Source of the DNA: an uncultured Veillonellaceae bacterium
GTDB taxonomy: Bacteria > Bacillota > Negativicutes > Veillonellales > Negativicoccaceae
DNA length: 64,000 bases
Direction: 5' to 3'
Assembly (NCBI GenBank): GCA_947254705.1
Contig: CAMYCX010000001.1
Location: 2,616-66,615 of the forward strand
Every line of letters starts with the position of its first letter. Within the stretch, counting starts at the first letter, position 1. Shown here one piece after another: positions 18,587 to 26,828 of this stretch. The notes under the pieces are model-generated. The model made no database searches and had not been told where the DNA came from. It was given only the letters and a program-made list of their open reading frames with translations. A program made the position numbers and the translations under genes.

Positions 18587-19998
18587 GCTTCTCCTTTCTT
18601 AGATAAAGCATTGCGCTTTTGCGCCCGTTTATATGTGTATTCAGAAATGAACAGCGCCAGGATAATACCGCCGATCATCTGTCCTAAGTACACACCGTAG
18701 TTCCCCAAATCAACTTGCGCCGGTGGAATGAAAACCAAGAACACTGCAAATGCAATTGAAGAAAATCCTAACAACGGCATCAAAATCGGCAATATCGTAC
18801 CCGGAATCTTAAACGAGCGATATACGTCCGGCTTATTCTTACGAAGCACCACATATGCGGCAAACATGAACAGATACGGAACAAAATAATCCAACGTCGT
18901 CAAAGCCGTTAATGTCCAATATGCTGCTGCCACAGATGGAGAAATAAATGTTGACAAACACAATACCGTCACGACAATCGCTTCTATTTTGATAGCATAT
19001 ACCGGAGTTTCATACTTCGGATCCAATGAACTGATTTTTTCTCCCAAAAGATTATCTTCACGGGATGCCTCTTGCAACATATAGATCGGTCCTACCAGCC
19101 ATGAATTTACCTGGCCCAACACCCCTATAAACATGCATGCCGCAATTACGGAAAGCAACCACGGTGCACCTAAGTATTCTCCGGCGGCTCCCATTGCTTG
19201 CATGATTCCGGTTACGATATTCGTTTCTTCTGCCGGATATAACGTATTAATAGCAAAGGTTCCCACCATATAAATCGAAACAATTACAATCGCCGATACT
19301 AACATTGCTCGCGGAAAATCATGTTGCGGATTTTTCGTTTGACCCGCAATCATAGCAGATACTTCCAGACCCGCAAACGCAAACATCATGCTGGACAAAA
19401 ATACTATATTATCCCATTCGGTCAGGTCAGGAATCCAGCTTTCAAAGCGTGAGTAATTCGTACTCATCGGCATTCCTGTTGCTAGCCAAATTCCGGCCAA
19501 CAACACGATGATTCCGGCAGGCAAGAACACACCGAACCAAGCGCTGACATTATTAATAATTTTTGTCCACTTCATCCCTCGCATATTCATAAATGCCAAA
19601 ATCCAGAAAATCACAATCGAAGTAATACCGATAAAACTTTGATTTTCCGACAATTCAGGAGAAATGACGAACGCAATCGCGGAAACCCCGAACTGTAGCA
19701 TTAAAGGGAAAAACAAAACGCACGAAAACAGAAAACAAATAACAATAAACCAACCGACTCGAGGCCCAAAGGCTTCTTTCACCCAAACAAAAATCCCGCC
19801 GTTCTTCGGCCACCCTGTTGCTAACTCACCGCACACCATTGCTAACGGGACAAACAGACACGCCGCCGCCAACACCCACAAAATCATAGATGATGCACCG
19901 TATACCGCAACATTAGGTATTTGGCGTAGACTCAAAATTGCAACGACATTCATTAATACAATGTCACGCAACCCGAGAAAATTTTTATTCGAACTCAT
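18583..19998 (-). CDS. APC-family amino acid antiporter (GadC-like)
   Basis: 471 aa, 12-TM; 'KEAFGPRVGWFIVICFLF' region resembles Glu:GABA antiporter family. First gene of the low-GC operon. Confidence 0.8.
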   Translation of the reverse strand: MSSNKNFLGLRDIVLMNVVAILSLRQIPNVAVYGASSMILWVLAAACLFVPLAMVCGELATGWPKNGGIFVWVKEAFGPRVGWFIVICFLFSCVLFFPLMLQFGVSAIAFVISPELSENQSFIGITSIVIFWILAFMNMRGMKWTKIINNVSAWFGVFLPAGIIVLLAGIWLATGMPMSTNYSRFESWIPDLTEWDNIVFLSSMMFAFAGLEVSAMIAGQTKNPQHDFPRAMLVSAIVIVSIYMVGTFAINTLYPAEETNIVTGIMQAMGAAGEYLGAPWLLSVIAACMFIGVLGQVNSWLVGPIYMLQEASREDNLLGEKISSLDPKYETPVYAIKIEAIVVTVLCLSTFISPSVAAAYWTLTALTTLDYFVPYLFMFAAYVVLRKNKPDVYRSFKIPGTILPILMPLLGFSSIAFAVFLVFIPPAQVDLGNYGVYLGQMIGGIILALFISEYTYKRAQKRNALSKKGEA

Positions 19999-19999
19999 G

Positions 20000-20250
20000 T
20001 CACCAACTTCCTCTCCGTCAAAACTGTAACGATATATTTTCGTTAACTATAATGACTTATACTATTGTTTACTGCCTAGGCTAAAATGATTATACTCCTC
20101 CCCGATATATAATGCAATACTTTTATCAAAAAAATTTATTAAAAAACATTTCACAAGTGATGTTATTACTATTTGTTAACAAAAATTAAAAAACGGTTAT
20201 CAAACTTAATAAAATTTACTTATTCTCATTACAAATATTATTACAATGCG
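20000..20250 (-). promoter_or_regulatory. AT-rich promoter/regulatory region upstream of the low-GC antiporter-racemase-decarboxylase operon
   Basis: About 250 nt of >75% A+T with multiple TTGACA/TATAAT-like hexamers (e.g. TTGTTAACAAAAATTAAAAAA). No ORFs. Confidence 0.5.
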
Positions 20251-20265
20251 CTCATCATCTGTAAA

Positions 20266-20308
20266 CGACAACCCCCCCTTGGCTCGGGTCATCTTTCGAG
20301 CCAAGGGA
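20266..20308. terminator. hairpin (terminator or insulator) between the Cys-Asp/polyK gene and the AT-rich region
   Basis: Perfect 11-bp stem CCCTTGGCTCG / CGAGCCAAGGG, 10-nt loop, followed by TTTTTCTTT on the plus strand. Confidence 0.55.
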
Positions 20309-20324
20309 GTTTTTCTTTACCGCC

Positions 20325-20864
20325 TTATTTTTTCTTCTTTTTCTTGTCTTTTTTTGTTTTCTTCGCTTTTTTCTTTTCTTTCTTTTTATCTTTCTTCTTC
20401 GCGTTCACCATGTCGTGATGATCGATGCAGCAATCGCAGTCGCAATCACAGTCTTCCTCACGTTCGCCATGGTGATCGTCGCAACAGTCGCAGTCGCAAT
20501 CGCAATCTTCCTCGCAGCCTTCGTCCGTTCCGTATTCGTGAAGGAACGTATCGTACGGAAGCTCTTCAATCTCGTCGTCAGCGTCCTCCGTATCTCCGTA
20601 CAATTCATCCTGCAATTCATCATACAACTGAATGATTTCATCGACCCGATCCCCCAGTTCGCGATAGCGTTCCATCCGCATGCGGATCTGTTCTTCCGCA
20701 AAAGAATACGCCCGAACCGTTTCTTCTTGTCCGTCCGTAACGGTTTCTTTTTCCGCCCGCAAATCATCGAGCATGTCCTGCCCGTCCAGAAGCTCAACAC
20801 AAACTTCATGTAACAATTCACTGATCGTCAGGCTGTACGTATCAATCGGTAACGGTTGTTTCAT
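20325..20864 (-). CDS. hypothetical acidic protein with tandem Cys-Asp/His repeats and C-terminal polylysine tail
   Basis: Strong RBS AAGGAGG 5 nt before ATG (MKQPLPID...). Helical acidic N-half, then EEDCDCDCDCCDDHHGER / EEDCDCDCDCCIDHHDMV repeats, ending KKKDKKKEKKKAKKTKKDKKKKKK. The plus-strand antisense ORF is an F/R-rich mirror and lacks an RBS. Confidence 0.5.
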   Translation of the reverse strand: MKQPLPIDTYSLTISELLHEVCVELLDGQDMLDDLRAEKETVTDGQEETVRAYSFAEEQIRMRMERYRELGDRVDEIIQLYDELQDELYGDTEDADDEIEELPYDTFLHEYGTDEGCEEDCDCDCDCCDDHHGEREEDCDCDCDCCIDHHDMVNAKKKDKKKEKKKAKKTKKDKKKKKK

Positions 20865-20934
20865 CATATCCTCCTTTTGCTCACTGCCATACTCTCTACT
20901 TAATAGTATTCTCTCTTGTACGATGATTTCCTTT

Positions 20935-20962
20935 TTTATCCTTGCGGGCAATATGCTATACT
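20935..20962 (+). promoter_or_regulatory. promoter for corC-like gene (extended -10 TGcTATACT)
   Basis: TTTATC-16-TATACT with TGC immediately upstream of the -10. Confidence 0.4.
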
Positions 20963-21003
20963 GTGTGTATTATATACTGATAAAACAAAAGAGGAGTGTG
21001 ACT

Positions 21004-22365
21004 ATGGATAGCGATCACCCCGGGTGGCAACTGATCTTATTATTTGTACTGATTTTGGCGAACGGTGTATTTTCCGCCACGGAAATTGCCGTCGTCAGTG
21101 CCAAAAAACTACGCTTGCAACGGGAAGCGGACAACGGCTCCGCCGCCGCACAGGCCGCATTGGATATTGCGCAAAACCCGAACCGTCTGTTCTCGACCAT
21201 TCAGATCGGCATTACCGCGATCGGTGTCATTACGGGGATGATCGGGGCCTCGACGCTGGCCGAACCGTTGGCCGAGCAAATTGCCCGTATCGACGGACTG
21301 ACGGCATACGCACAGGCACTCAGCTTATTGATTATTATGTCGGGGGTCACGTATTTTACTTTGATTCTCGGTGAGTTGGTACCGAAACGGATTGCCATCA
21401 ATGCGCCGGAAGCGGTAACGATGGCGGTTGCGCGACCGATGTCGCTGTTTGCCAGGATCAATACGCCGATCATCTGGTTCATGTCCGCATCGACGGGGCT
21501 GGTACTGCGGATACTCGGTATTCGGATTGTCGATGAACAGCCGGTCAGTGAAGAAGAAATTCGTTTTCTGCTGCGTCAGGGCGCACAGCTGGGAACATTT
21601 GACGCGAAAGAACCGGAGTTGATCGACCGTATTTTCCGCTTGAATGATATTCCGGCGGAAAATATCATGACCGCGCGTCCGCAACTGCTATGGCTCGACT
21701 TGGCCACGGACGAAACGGAGCTGGAGCAACTCATTATCGAAACACGTCATACCCGATTGCCGGTCGGCTATGAATCATTGGACGATTTCCGCGGTCTGGT
21801 ACGGGTACAGGATTTGCTCGTCGACCGTCTGCGATATCCGCAACGGTCATGGAACGATTTGATTCGCCGTCGCACGCAGACACCGCTCTACATTCCGGAA
21901 ACGCTGACACTGAACAAAGCGCTTGATTTATTCCGCATTCACAGTGCCCACGAAGCCATTATCCTGGATGAGTACGGCGCGCCGGAAGGCTTGATTACAC
22001 TCAACGATATTATGGAAGAAATCATCGGAACGATTCCCGCCAGTGTCCATGAGCGTCTGGCCGAACGCAACCGAATTGTGCGTCGATCCGCCGATTCGTG
22101 GTTAATTGACGGTCTGCTGCCAATTGAAGAATTCAAGCAATGTTTCCAAATTCACACCTTACTGCCGAAAGAAGGCGAGGATTATTACAAAACCCTCGGC
22201 GGGTTTGTCATCTTCCTGTGCGGCTATCTGCCGAAAGAGGCGGATACGATTACCTATGAGGACTTTACCTTTGAAGTGGTCGACACGGACAACTTCCGTA
22301 TCGACAAGGTGCTGGTTACACGAACACCGCCGCCTCCGCAAGAAACGACGGAAGAAGAGGATTGA
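21004..22365 (+). CDS. HlyC/CorC family transporter (CNNM + CBS pair + CorC_HlyC)
   Basis: N-terminal DUF21/CNNM TM domain (GVFSATEIAVVSAKKLRL), CBS region, C-terminal transporter-associated domain. RBS AGAGGAG. The ORF track's longer N-terminal extension is unlikely to be real. Confidence 0.85.
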   Translation: MDSDHPGWQLILLFVLILANGVFSATEIAVVSAKKLRLQREADNGSAAAQAALDIAQNPNRLFSTIQIGITAIGVITGMIGASTLAEPLAEQIARIDGLTAYAQALSLLIIMSGVTYFTLILGELVPKRIAINAPEAVTMAVARPMSLFARINTPIIWFMSASTGLVLRILGIRIVDEQPVSEEEIRFLLRQGAQLGTFDAKEPELIDRIFRLNDIPAENIMTARPQLLWLDLATDETELEQLIIETRHTRLPVGYESLDDFRGLVRVQDLLVDRLRYPQRSWNDLIRRRTQTPLYIPETLTLNKALDLFRIHSAHEAIILDEYGAPEGLITLNDIMEEIIGTIPASVHERLAERNRIVRRSADSWLIDGLLPIEEFKQCFQIHTLLPKEGEDYYKTLGGFVIFLCGYLPKEADTITYEDFTFEVVDTDNFRIDKVLVTRTPPPPQETTEEED

Positions 22366-22510
22366 TTGCCAAATCGATCGTCTTCTTCTATAATGAAAGT
22401 AAGGGTACGATAACGGCCGTTCATATATATGTCATTTCAATTTTCGACGGTGTTGTTAATTGCGGTGATTCATTTTGTGAAACCCTATTCCGGTCGGTAT
22501 CGTATCCGTC

Positions 22511-22545
22511 AAAAAAGACCTCATCATTTGATGAAGTCTTTTTTG
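22511..22545. terminator. bidirectional terminator between corC and the RND pump gene
   Basis: AAGACCTCATCA / TGATGAAGTCTT stem (1 mismatch) flanked by A6 and T6. Confidence 0.75.
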
Positions 22546-22559
22546 CGTTCATTTATGTT

Positions 22560-25500
22560 TCAGTGCGAAGAATCGGGTTCTTCAGCATCATAGACCCACG
22601 CATACAGGGCAGGTAAGAATACCAGCGTCAATGCCGTAGCGACCAATAAGCCGCCGCCCAGCGCAAAGGCCATCGGCGCCCAGAAGTAAGAACGCATCAA
22701 CGGAATCATTGCGAACACCGCCGCCATCGCCGTCAGCATGATCGGACGGAAGCGCAGCAAGGTCGAATCGATCACCGCTTCCCACACCTCTTCACCTGCG
22801 GCACGGTGTTTCTCGATCTGATCCAACAAAATAATCGAATTGCGGATCAGCATGCCGCCGAGCGAAATGATTCCCAACACGGCAACAAACCCGAGCGGAT
22901 AACGTGTTATCTGCAACGCCAGTATCGCCCCGATCAACCCGAGCGGCGCGGTCATGGCCGCCAGTACCATCAAACGCAAATGTTTGAGTTGGAACATGAG
23001 CAGCGCCAAAATCACAAACACCATAATCGGCATGACTTTGGTAATCGACTCCATCGAAAGATGACTCCGCTCCGTCGTACCGTCATAAGCAAGCGCATAT
23101 CCCGGCGGAAGCGACTCACGGAACGCCCGCAACTCATTTTCATACAATCCTTCCGTGACGGAATCTCCCGGCTCTTCACCGATGGTATCCGCCTGCAAGG
23201 TAATGCACGGCTCCAAGTTGCGTCGCCATATCGTCGCATTTTCATTCACGAGCGACAATGTCGCCATCTGTCCGAGCGGGACATACCGTCCGCCGCCGAT
23301 GTGAATGGGCATCTGTTCCAATTCCGACAATCGCTGTGAACCGGTATCCGCCAAGCGAAAAACGATCGGTACCAGACGATCGCCTTCCATCGCCTGCGCC
23401 ACTTCCACGCCGGACAGCTTCGCATAGAGATCCGCCGCCACCGCGTAGTTATCAATACCGAGCCGACGGACGCTGTCCTGTTGGATATCGACCCGTACAC
23501 TCGGCATCTCCTGCGGCCAGTTCATTTCCGCCCGACTGATTTGCGGCGAAGAGCGAATGATCTCCGTTCCTTCTCTCGCCAATTTCGTCAACGTCTTGAT
23601 ATCCGGCCCCGTCAAGCGCATCATCACCGGATACGCCGCCGGCGGTCCGACCTGAATCAAGCGAATATTGGCCCGTAAATCAGGAAATTCTTCTTGTAAA
23701 ATCCGTTCCAAGTCGCGATGGACTTTCACCCGGGTCTCCGCATCCGTTGCCGTAATGACTAATTGGGCATAATTGTCTTTCGGCGGCGACGGCAGCAACG
23801 GTAAAATGAACCGCGGCGAGCTTTGGCCGACATACGAAACGATCGATGTTACCCGCGAGTCTCCGTCAAAATGCGACTCCAAGCGTTTGAGCTCCCGCTC
23901 CGTCGCTCCGATCGATGCCCCGAAAGGAAGCTCCGTTTCCACCACCAACTCCGGCCGTACCGAGGCGGGGAAAAATTCTTTTTTCAACAACGGGAAGCTG
24001 AGTACGGAAAGAATAAACACTCCCACTGTGGCCAATACGACTACGCGTCGATGCCGCAGTGTCCATTCCAACCCGGCCCGAAAACGGCGATATAACTCTT
24101 CTTGAAATGCTTGCCAGCGTCCTCGTTTCGTCGATTCTTCCGGTAAACGGATCAGACTGTATCCCAGTACGGGGCTCACCAGCACGGATACAATCCACGA
24201 CAATACCAACGCAATACAAGTCACGGAAAACAGACTGCTCGTATACTCCGATACCACCCCTGTCGACAACCCGATCGGAATAAATCCCGCCGCCGTGATC
24301 AACGTCCCCGTCAACATCGGAAAGGCGGTTTCCTCATACGCCGCGGTCGCAGCCGCGACCCGCTCATATCCGTCTTCCAGCTTACGCTGCATCATCTCAA
24401 TAACGATAATCGCATCGTCGACCAGCAACCCCAAGGCGATAATCAACGCCCCGAGCGATACGACTTGCAAGTCGATATGCTGCCATTTCATCAGGATAAA
24501 CGTTCCCGCGATCACGACCGGAATGGACAACGCCACTACCGCCCCCGATCGCACGCCGAGCGTCATAAAGCTCACCGCAAGAACGATGATAATCGCTTCA
24601 AACAGCGAACTGGTAAATTCATTAATGGACTTTTTCACCACATGCGGCTGATGGGCCACTTCTCCGATGGCCAAGCCCAACGGCAACTCGGACTGCCAAT
24701 GGGCAATACGTTCATCCAGGGCCTTGCCCAGATGCAATATATTACCCCCCGGACTCATCGATACCGCAATACCGATGGCTTCCTTGCCGTTGAAATACAT
24801 TTGGGGTTCTTTCGGTTCGCGATACCCTTCCCGCACTGTGGCGATCTCTCCCAATCGAAATGACCGCTCTCCCAAATGAACCGTCATGTTTTCTACGGCC
24901 TTGGCACCGTCAAGCAGTCCCGTCACCCGCAGTGAAATGCGATTATTTTCCGTCTGTATCGTCCCTGCCGGCATCAAGGTTCCCTGTTGCTGTAACAATT
25001 GAAACAACATTCGCGGATCAATACCGAGTGCCGCCAACTTCGCTTCATCCATTTCCACATAGACCGTCGGCTGACGGACACCGACGAGGTTTACCTTTTG
25101 TACGTCTTCGATCTGCAACAGATCACGACGAATTTGTTCCGCATAAACACGCTTTTCTTCCTCGGAATAATCATCGCCCGTAATGGCATAAATCGATCCG
25201 AAGACATCATCAAAGCGATCGTTGAAGAAGGGACCGTGTACCCCTTTCGGCAATTCCCGCCAGACGGAACCGACCAAATTTCGTACTTCCGTCCAAGTCG
25301 GTCGAATCCGGTCCTGCGGCAAATCTTCTTTCAACCAAACATAGATGACCGTCCGATCGCCGTGCGTATAGCTCTGAATCATATCGAGCCCCGGCGTGTC
25401 CTGGAGTTTCTCCTCCAATTTATCCGTCACCTGTGCGGTCATTTGATCCGCGGACGCCCCCGGCCACACCGCCGTGACGACCATCTGCCGAATCGTAAAA

Positions 25501-25625
25501 TCGGGGTCCTCCCGACGGCCCAGTTCCATAAAACTGTAAATACCGCCGATGAGTATCGCCACAACGAAGAAGTATACGATGGATCGGTATCCGACCGCCC
25601 ACCGCGCTAAATTAAACCGTTTCAT
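22560..25625 (-). CDS. efflux RND transporter permease subunit (AcrB/AcrD family)
   Basis: 1021 aa with 12-TM and two large periplasmic loops; AcrB-like N-terminus. Confidence 0.9.
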   Translation of the reverse strand: MKRFNLARWAVGYRSIVYFFVVAILIGGIYSFMELGRREDPDFTIRQMVVTAVWPGASADQMTAQVTDKLEEKLQDTPGLDMIQSYTHGDRTVIYVWLKEDLPQDRIRPTWTEVRNLVGSVWRELPKGVHGPFFNDRFDDVFGSIYAITGDDYSEEEKRVYAEQIRRDLLQIEDVQKVNLVGVRQPTVYVEMDEAKLAALGIDPRMLFQLLQQQGTLMPAGTIQTENNRISLRVTGLLDGAKAVENMTVHLGERSFRLGEIATVREGYREPKEPQMYFNGKEAIGIAVSMSPGGNILHLGKALDERIAHWQSELPLGLAIGEVAHQPHVVKKSINEFTSSLFEAIIIVLAVSFMTLGVRSGAVVALSIPVVIAGTFILMKWQHIDLQVVSLGALIIALGLLVDDAIIVIEMMQRKLEDGYERVAAATAAYEETAFPMLTGTLITAAGFIPIGLSTGVVSEYTSSLFSVTCIALVLSWIVSVLVSPVLGYSLIRLPEESTKRGRWQAFQEELYRRFRAGLEWTLRHRRVVVLATVGVFILSVLSFPLLKKEFFPASVRPELVVETELPFGASIGATERELKRLESHFDGDSRVTSIVSYVGQSSPRFILPLLPSPPKDNYAQLVITATDAETRVKVHRDLERILQEEFPDLRANIRLIQVGPPAAYPVMMRLTGPDIKTLTKLAREGTEIIRSSPQISRAEMNWPQEMPSVRVDIQQDSVRRLGIDNYAVAADLYAKLSGVEVAQAMEGDRLVPIVFRLADTGSQRLSELEQMPIHIGGGRYVPLGQMATLSLVNENATIWRRNLEPCITLQADTIGEEPGDSVTEGLYENELRAFRESLPPGYALAYDGTTERSHLSMESITKVMPIMVFVILALLMFQLKHLRLMVLAAMTAPLGLIGAILALQITRYPLGFVAVLGIISLGGMLIRNSIILLDQIEKHRAAGEEVWEAVIDSTLLRFRPIMLTAMAAVFAMIPLMRSYFWAPMAFALGGGLLVATALTLVFLPALYAWVYDAEEPDSSH

Positions 25626-26677
25626 ACCCGTACCTTGGCACCTTCATACAAATGCTGCGTTCCGGCAATGACAATGACATCTCCCTCATGCAAACCGGTA
25701 CGCACCTCTACCCGTTCACCGTGCGTGGCGCCGATCGTGATCGGTACGAGATGAACCGTATCTGCGCGCACCACCCATACGGACGGTGTCTCCGACTGCT
25801 GGGCAAGCGCCGAGATCGGCACCGTCATGACTTCGCCCTCTGCCGTCCGGAACGTCACTTTGGCCGTCATGCCGACCTCACCGTCAAACGGTGTCGCCAA
25901 TCGCAACTTGGCATCATACGTGCCCGTGGATCGGTTCGGCGCGGGCGCAATCTCACGTACCGTTGCCGTCCACGTCTGTCCGGGGCGTGACCACAGCGTA
26001 ACATCTGCCGTCTGACCGACTTCATACCGATGCAAATTCTGCTCCGTCAGTGAAATCCACACTTCCGGTTCGCTCATATCAACCACGACCGCTACCGGTG
26101 TACCCGCACCGACGACCTGCCCCACATCGACCAACGTCGCGCCGACGATACCTGCATGCTCACTTTTAAGCGTCGTCATCGACTCCTGATTCAAGGCCCG
26201 TTCATACGCGGCATTTGCCTGCCGATACTGCGCCGCCGCCAACTCCTTCGTATTGCGTGACTGGTCCAATTGCAACGCACTGATGGCATTGGCACTGTAC
26301 AATTGCGACATCCGTCCGAATGTACTTTCCGCCAAGTTCAACTGTGCCGTGGCCGCTTCCAACTGCCCGCGAGCCGCAATGACTTGCTCCGACGCATCCT
26401 TGTCGTCCAACCGGAACAAGGGCGTACCCGCCTCTACTACATCGCCCGCCTGTACATACCGAGCCACGATTTTGCCGCCGAGCGAAAACGCCAGCGGGGC
26501 TTCACTGCGCCCGTGGATCGTACCCGAAAACGTATCGACCGCATCCTCTGCTGCCCGCCCGACCGTCTCGGTTTTCACTCGCGGTATAATTTTGTCTTTC
26601 GTTTGTGTCGTGCTGCCGCAACCGACGAGTACCGTCAGGCACATCACAACCATCAACCATACTCCGAACTTTTTCAC
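25622..26677 (-). CDS. efflux RND transporter periplasmic adaptor subunit (lipoprotein)
   Basis: Lipoprotein signal MKKFGVWLMVVMCLTVLVGC. HlyD-like coiled-coil/beta-barrel profile. 4-nt overlap with the permease gene. Confidence 0.85.
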   Translation of the reverse strand: MKKFGVWLMVVMCLTVLVGCGSTTQTKDKIIPRVKTETVGRAAEDAVDTFSGTIHGRSEAPLAFSLGGKIVARYVQAGDVVEAGTPLFRLDDKDASEQVIAARGQLEAATAQLNLAESTFGRMSQLYSANAISALQLDQSRNTKELAAAQYRQANAAYERALNQESMTTLKSEHAGIVGATLVDVGQVVGAGTPVAVVVDMSEPEVWISLTEQNLHRYEVGQTADVTLWSRPGQTWTATVREIAPAPNRSTGTYDAKLRLATPFDGEVGMTAKVTFRTAEGEVMTVPISALAQQSETPSVWVVRADTVHLVPITIGATHGERVEVRTGLHEGDVIVIAGTQHLYEGAKVRV

Positions 26678-26782
26678 GGTATCCCTCCCGTCTGATTAGA
26701 CTCATTATACCCTAAAGAAAAGGGAATTGCTATTATTTATAAACATTGTTTTGTTCGTTTTGTGTTTTCTCATTTACACACA

Positions 26783-26820
26783 AAAAAGACACCTTCACAG
26801 GAAGATGTCTTTTTCTGTTT
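26783..26820. terminator. rho-independent terminator after the amino-acid permease gene (minus)
   Basis: AGACACCTTC / GAAGATGTCT stem (1 mismatch) with A6 upstream and T-rich downstream; works in both directions. Confidence 0.7.
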
Positions 26821-26828
26821 TTTCATAA

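Noticed and set aside
20415-20813. Plus-strand 132-aa hydrophobic ORF with AIAVAITVF repeats
   Set aside because: Mirror image of the Cys-Asp repeats on the opposite strand, with no RBS and an F/R-rich tail. The minus-strand acidic protein has a consensus RBS and a coherent sequence.
20680-21003. N-terminal 108-aa extension of the corC ORF in the ORF track
   Set aside because: Good RBS (AGAGGAG) and promoter place the start at 21004. The extension overlaps the divergent gene and its promoter.
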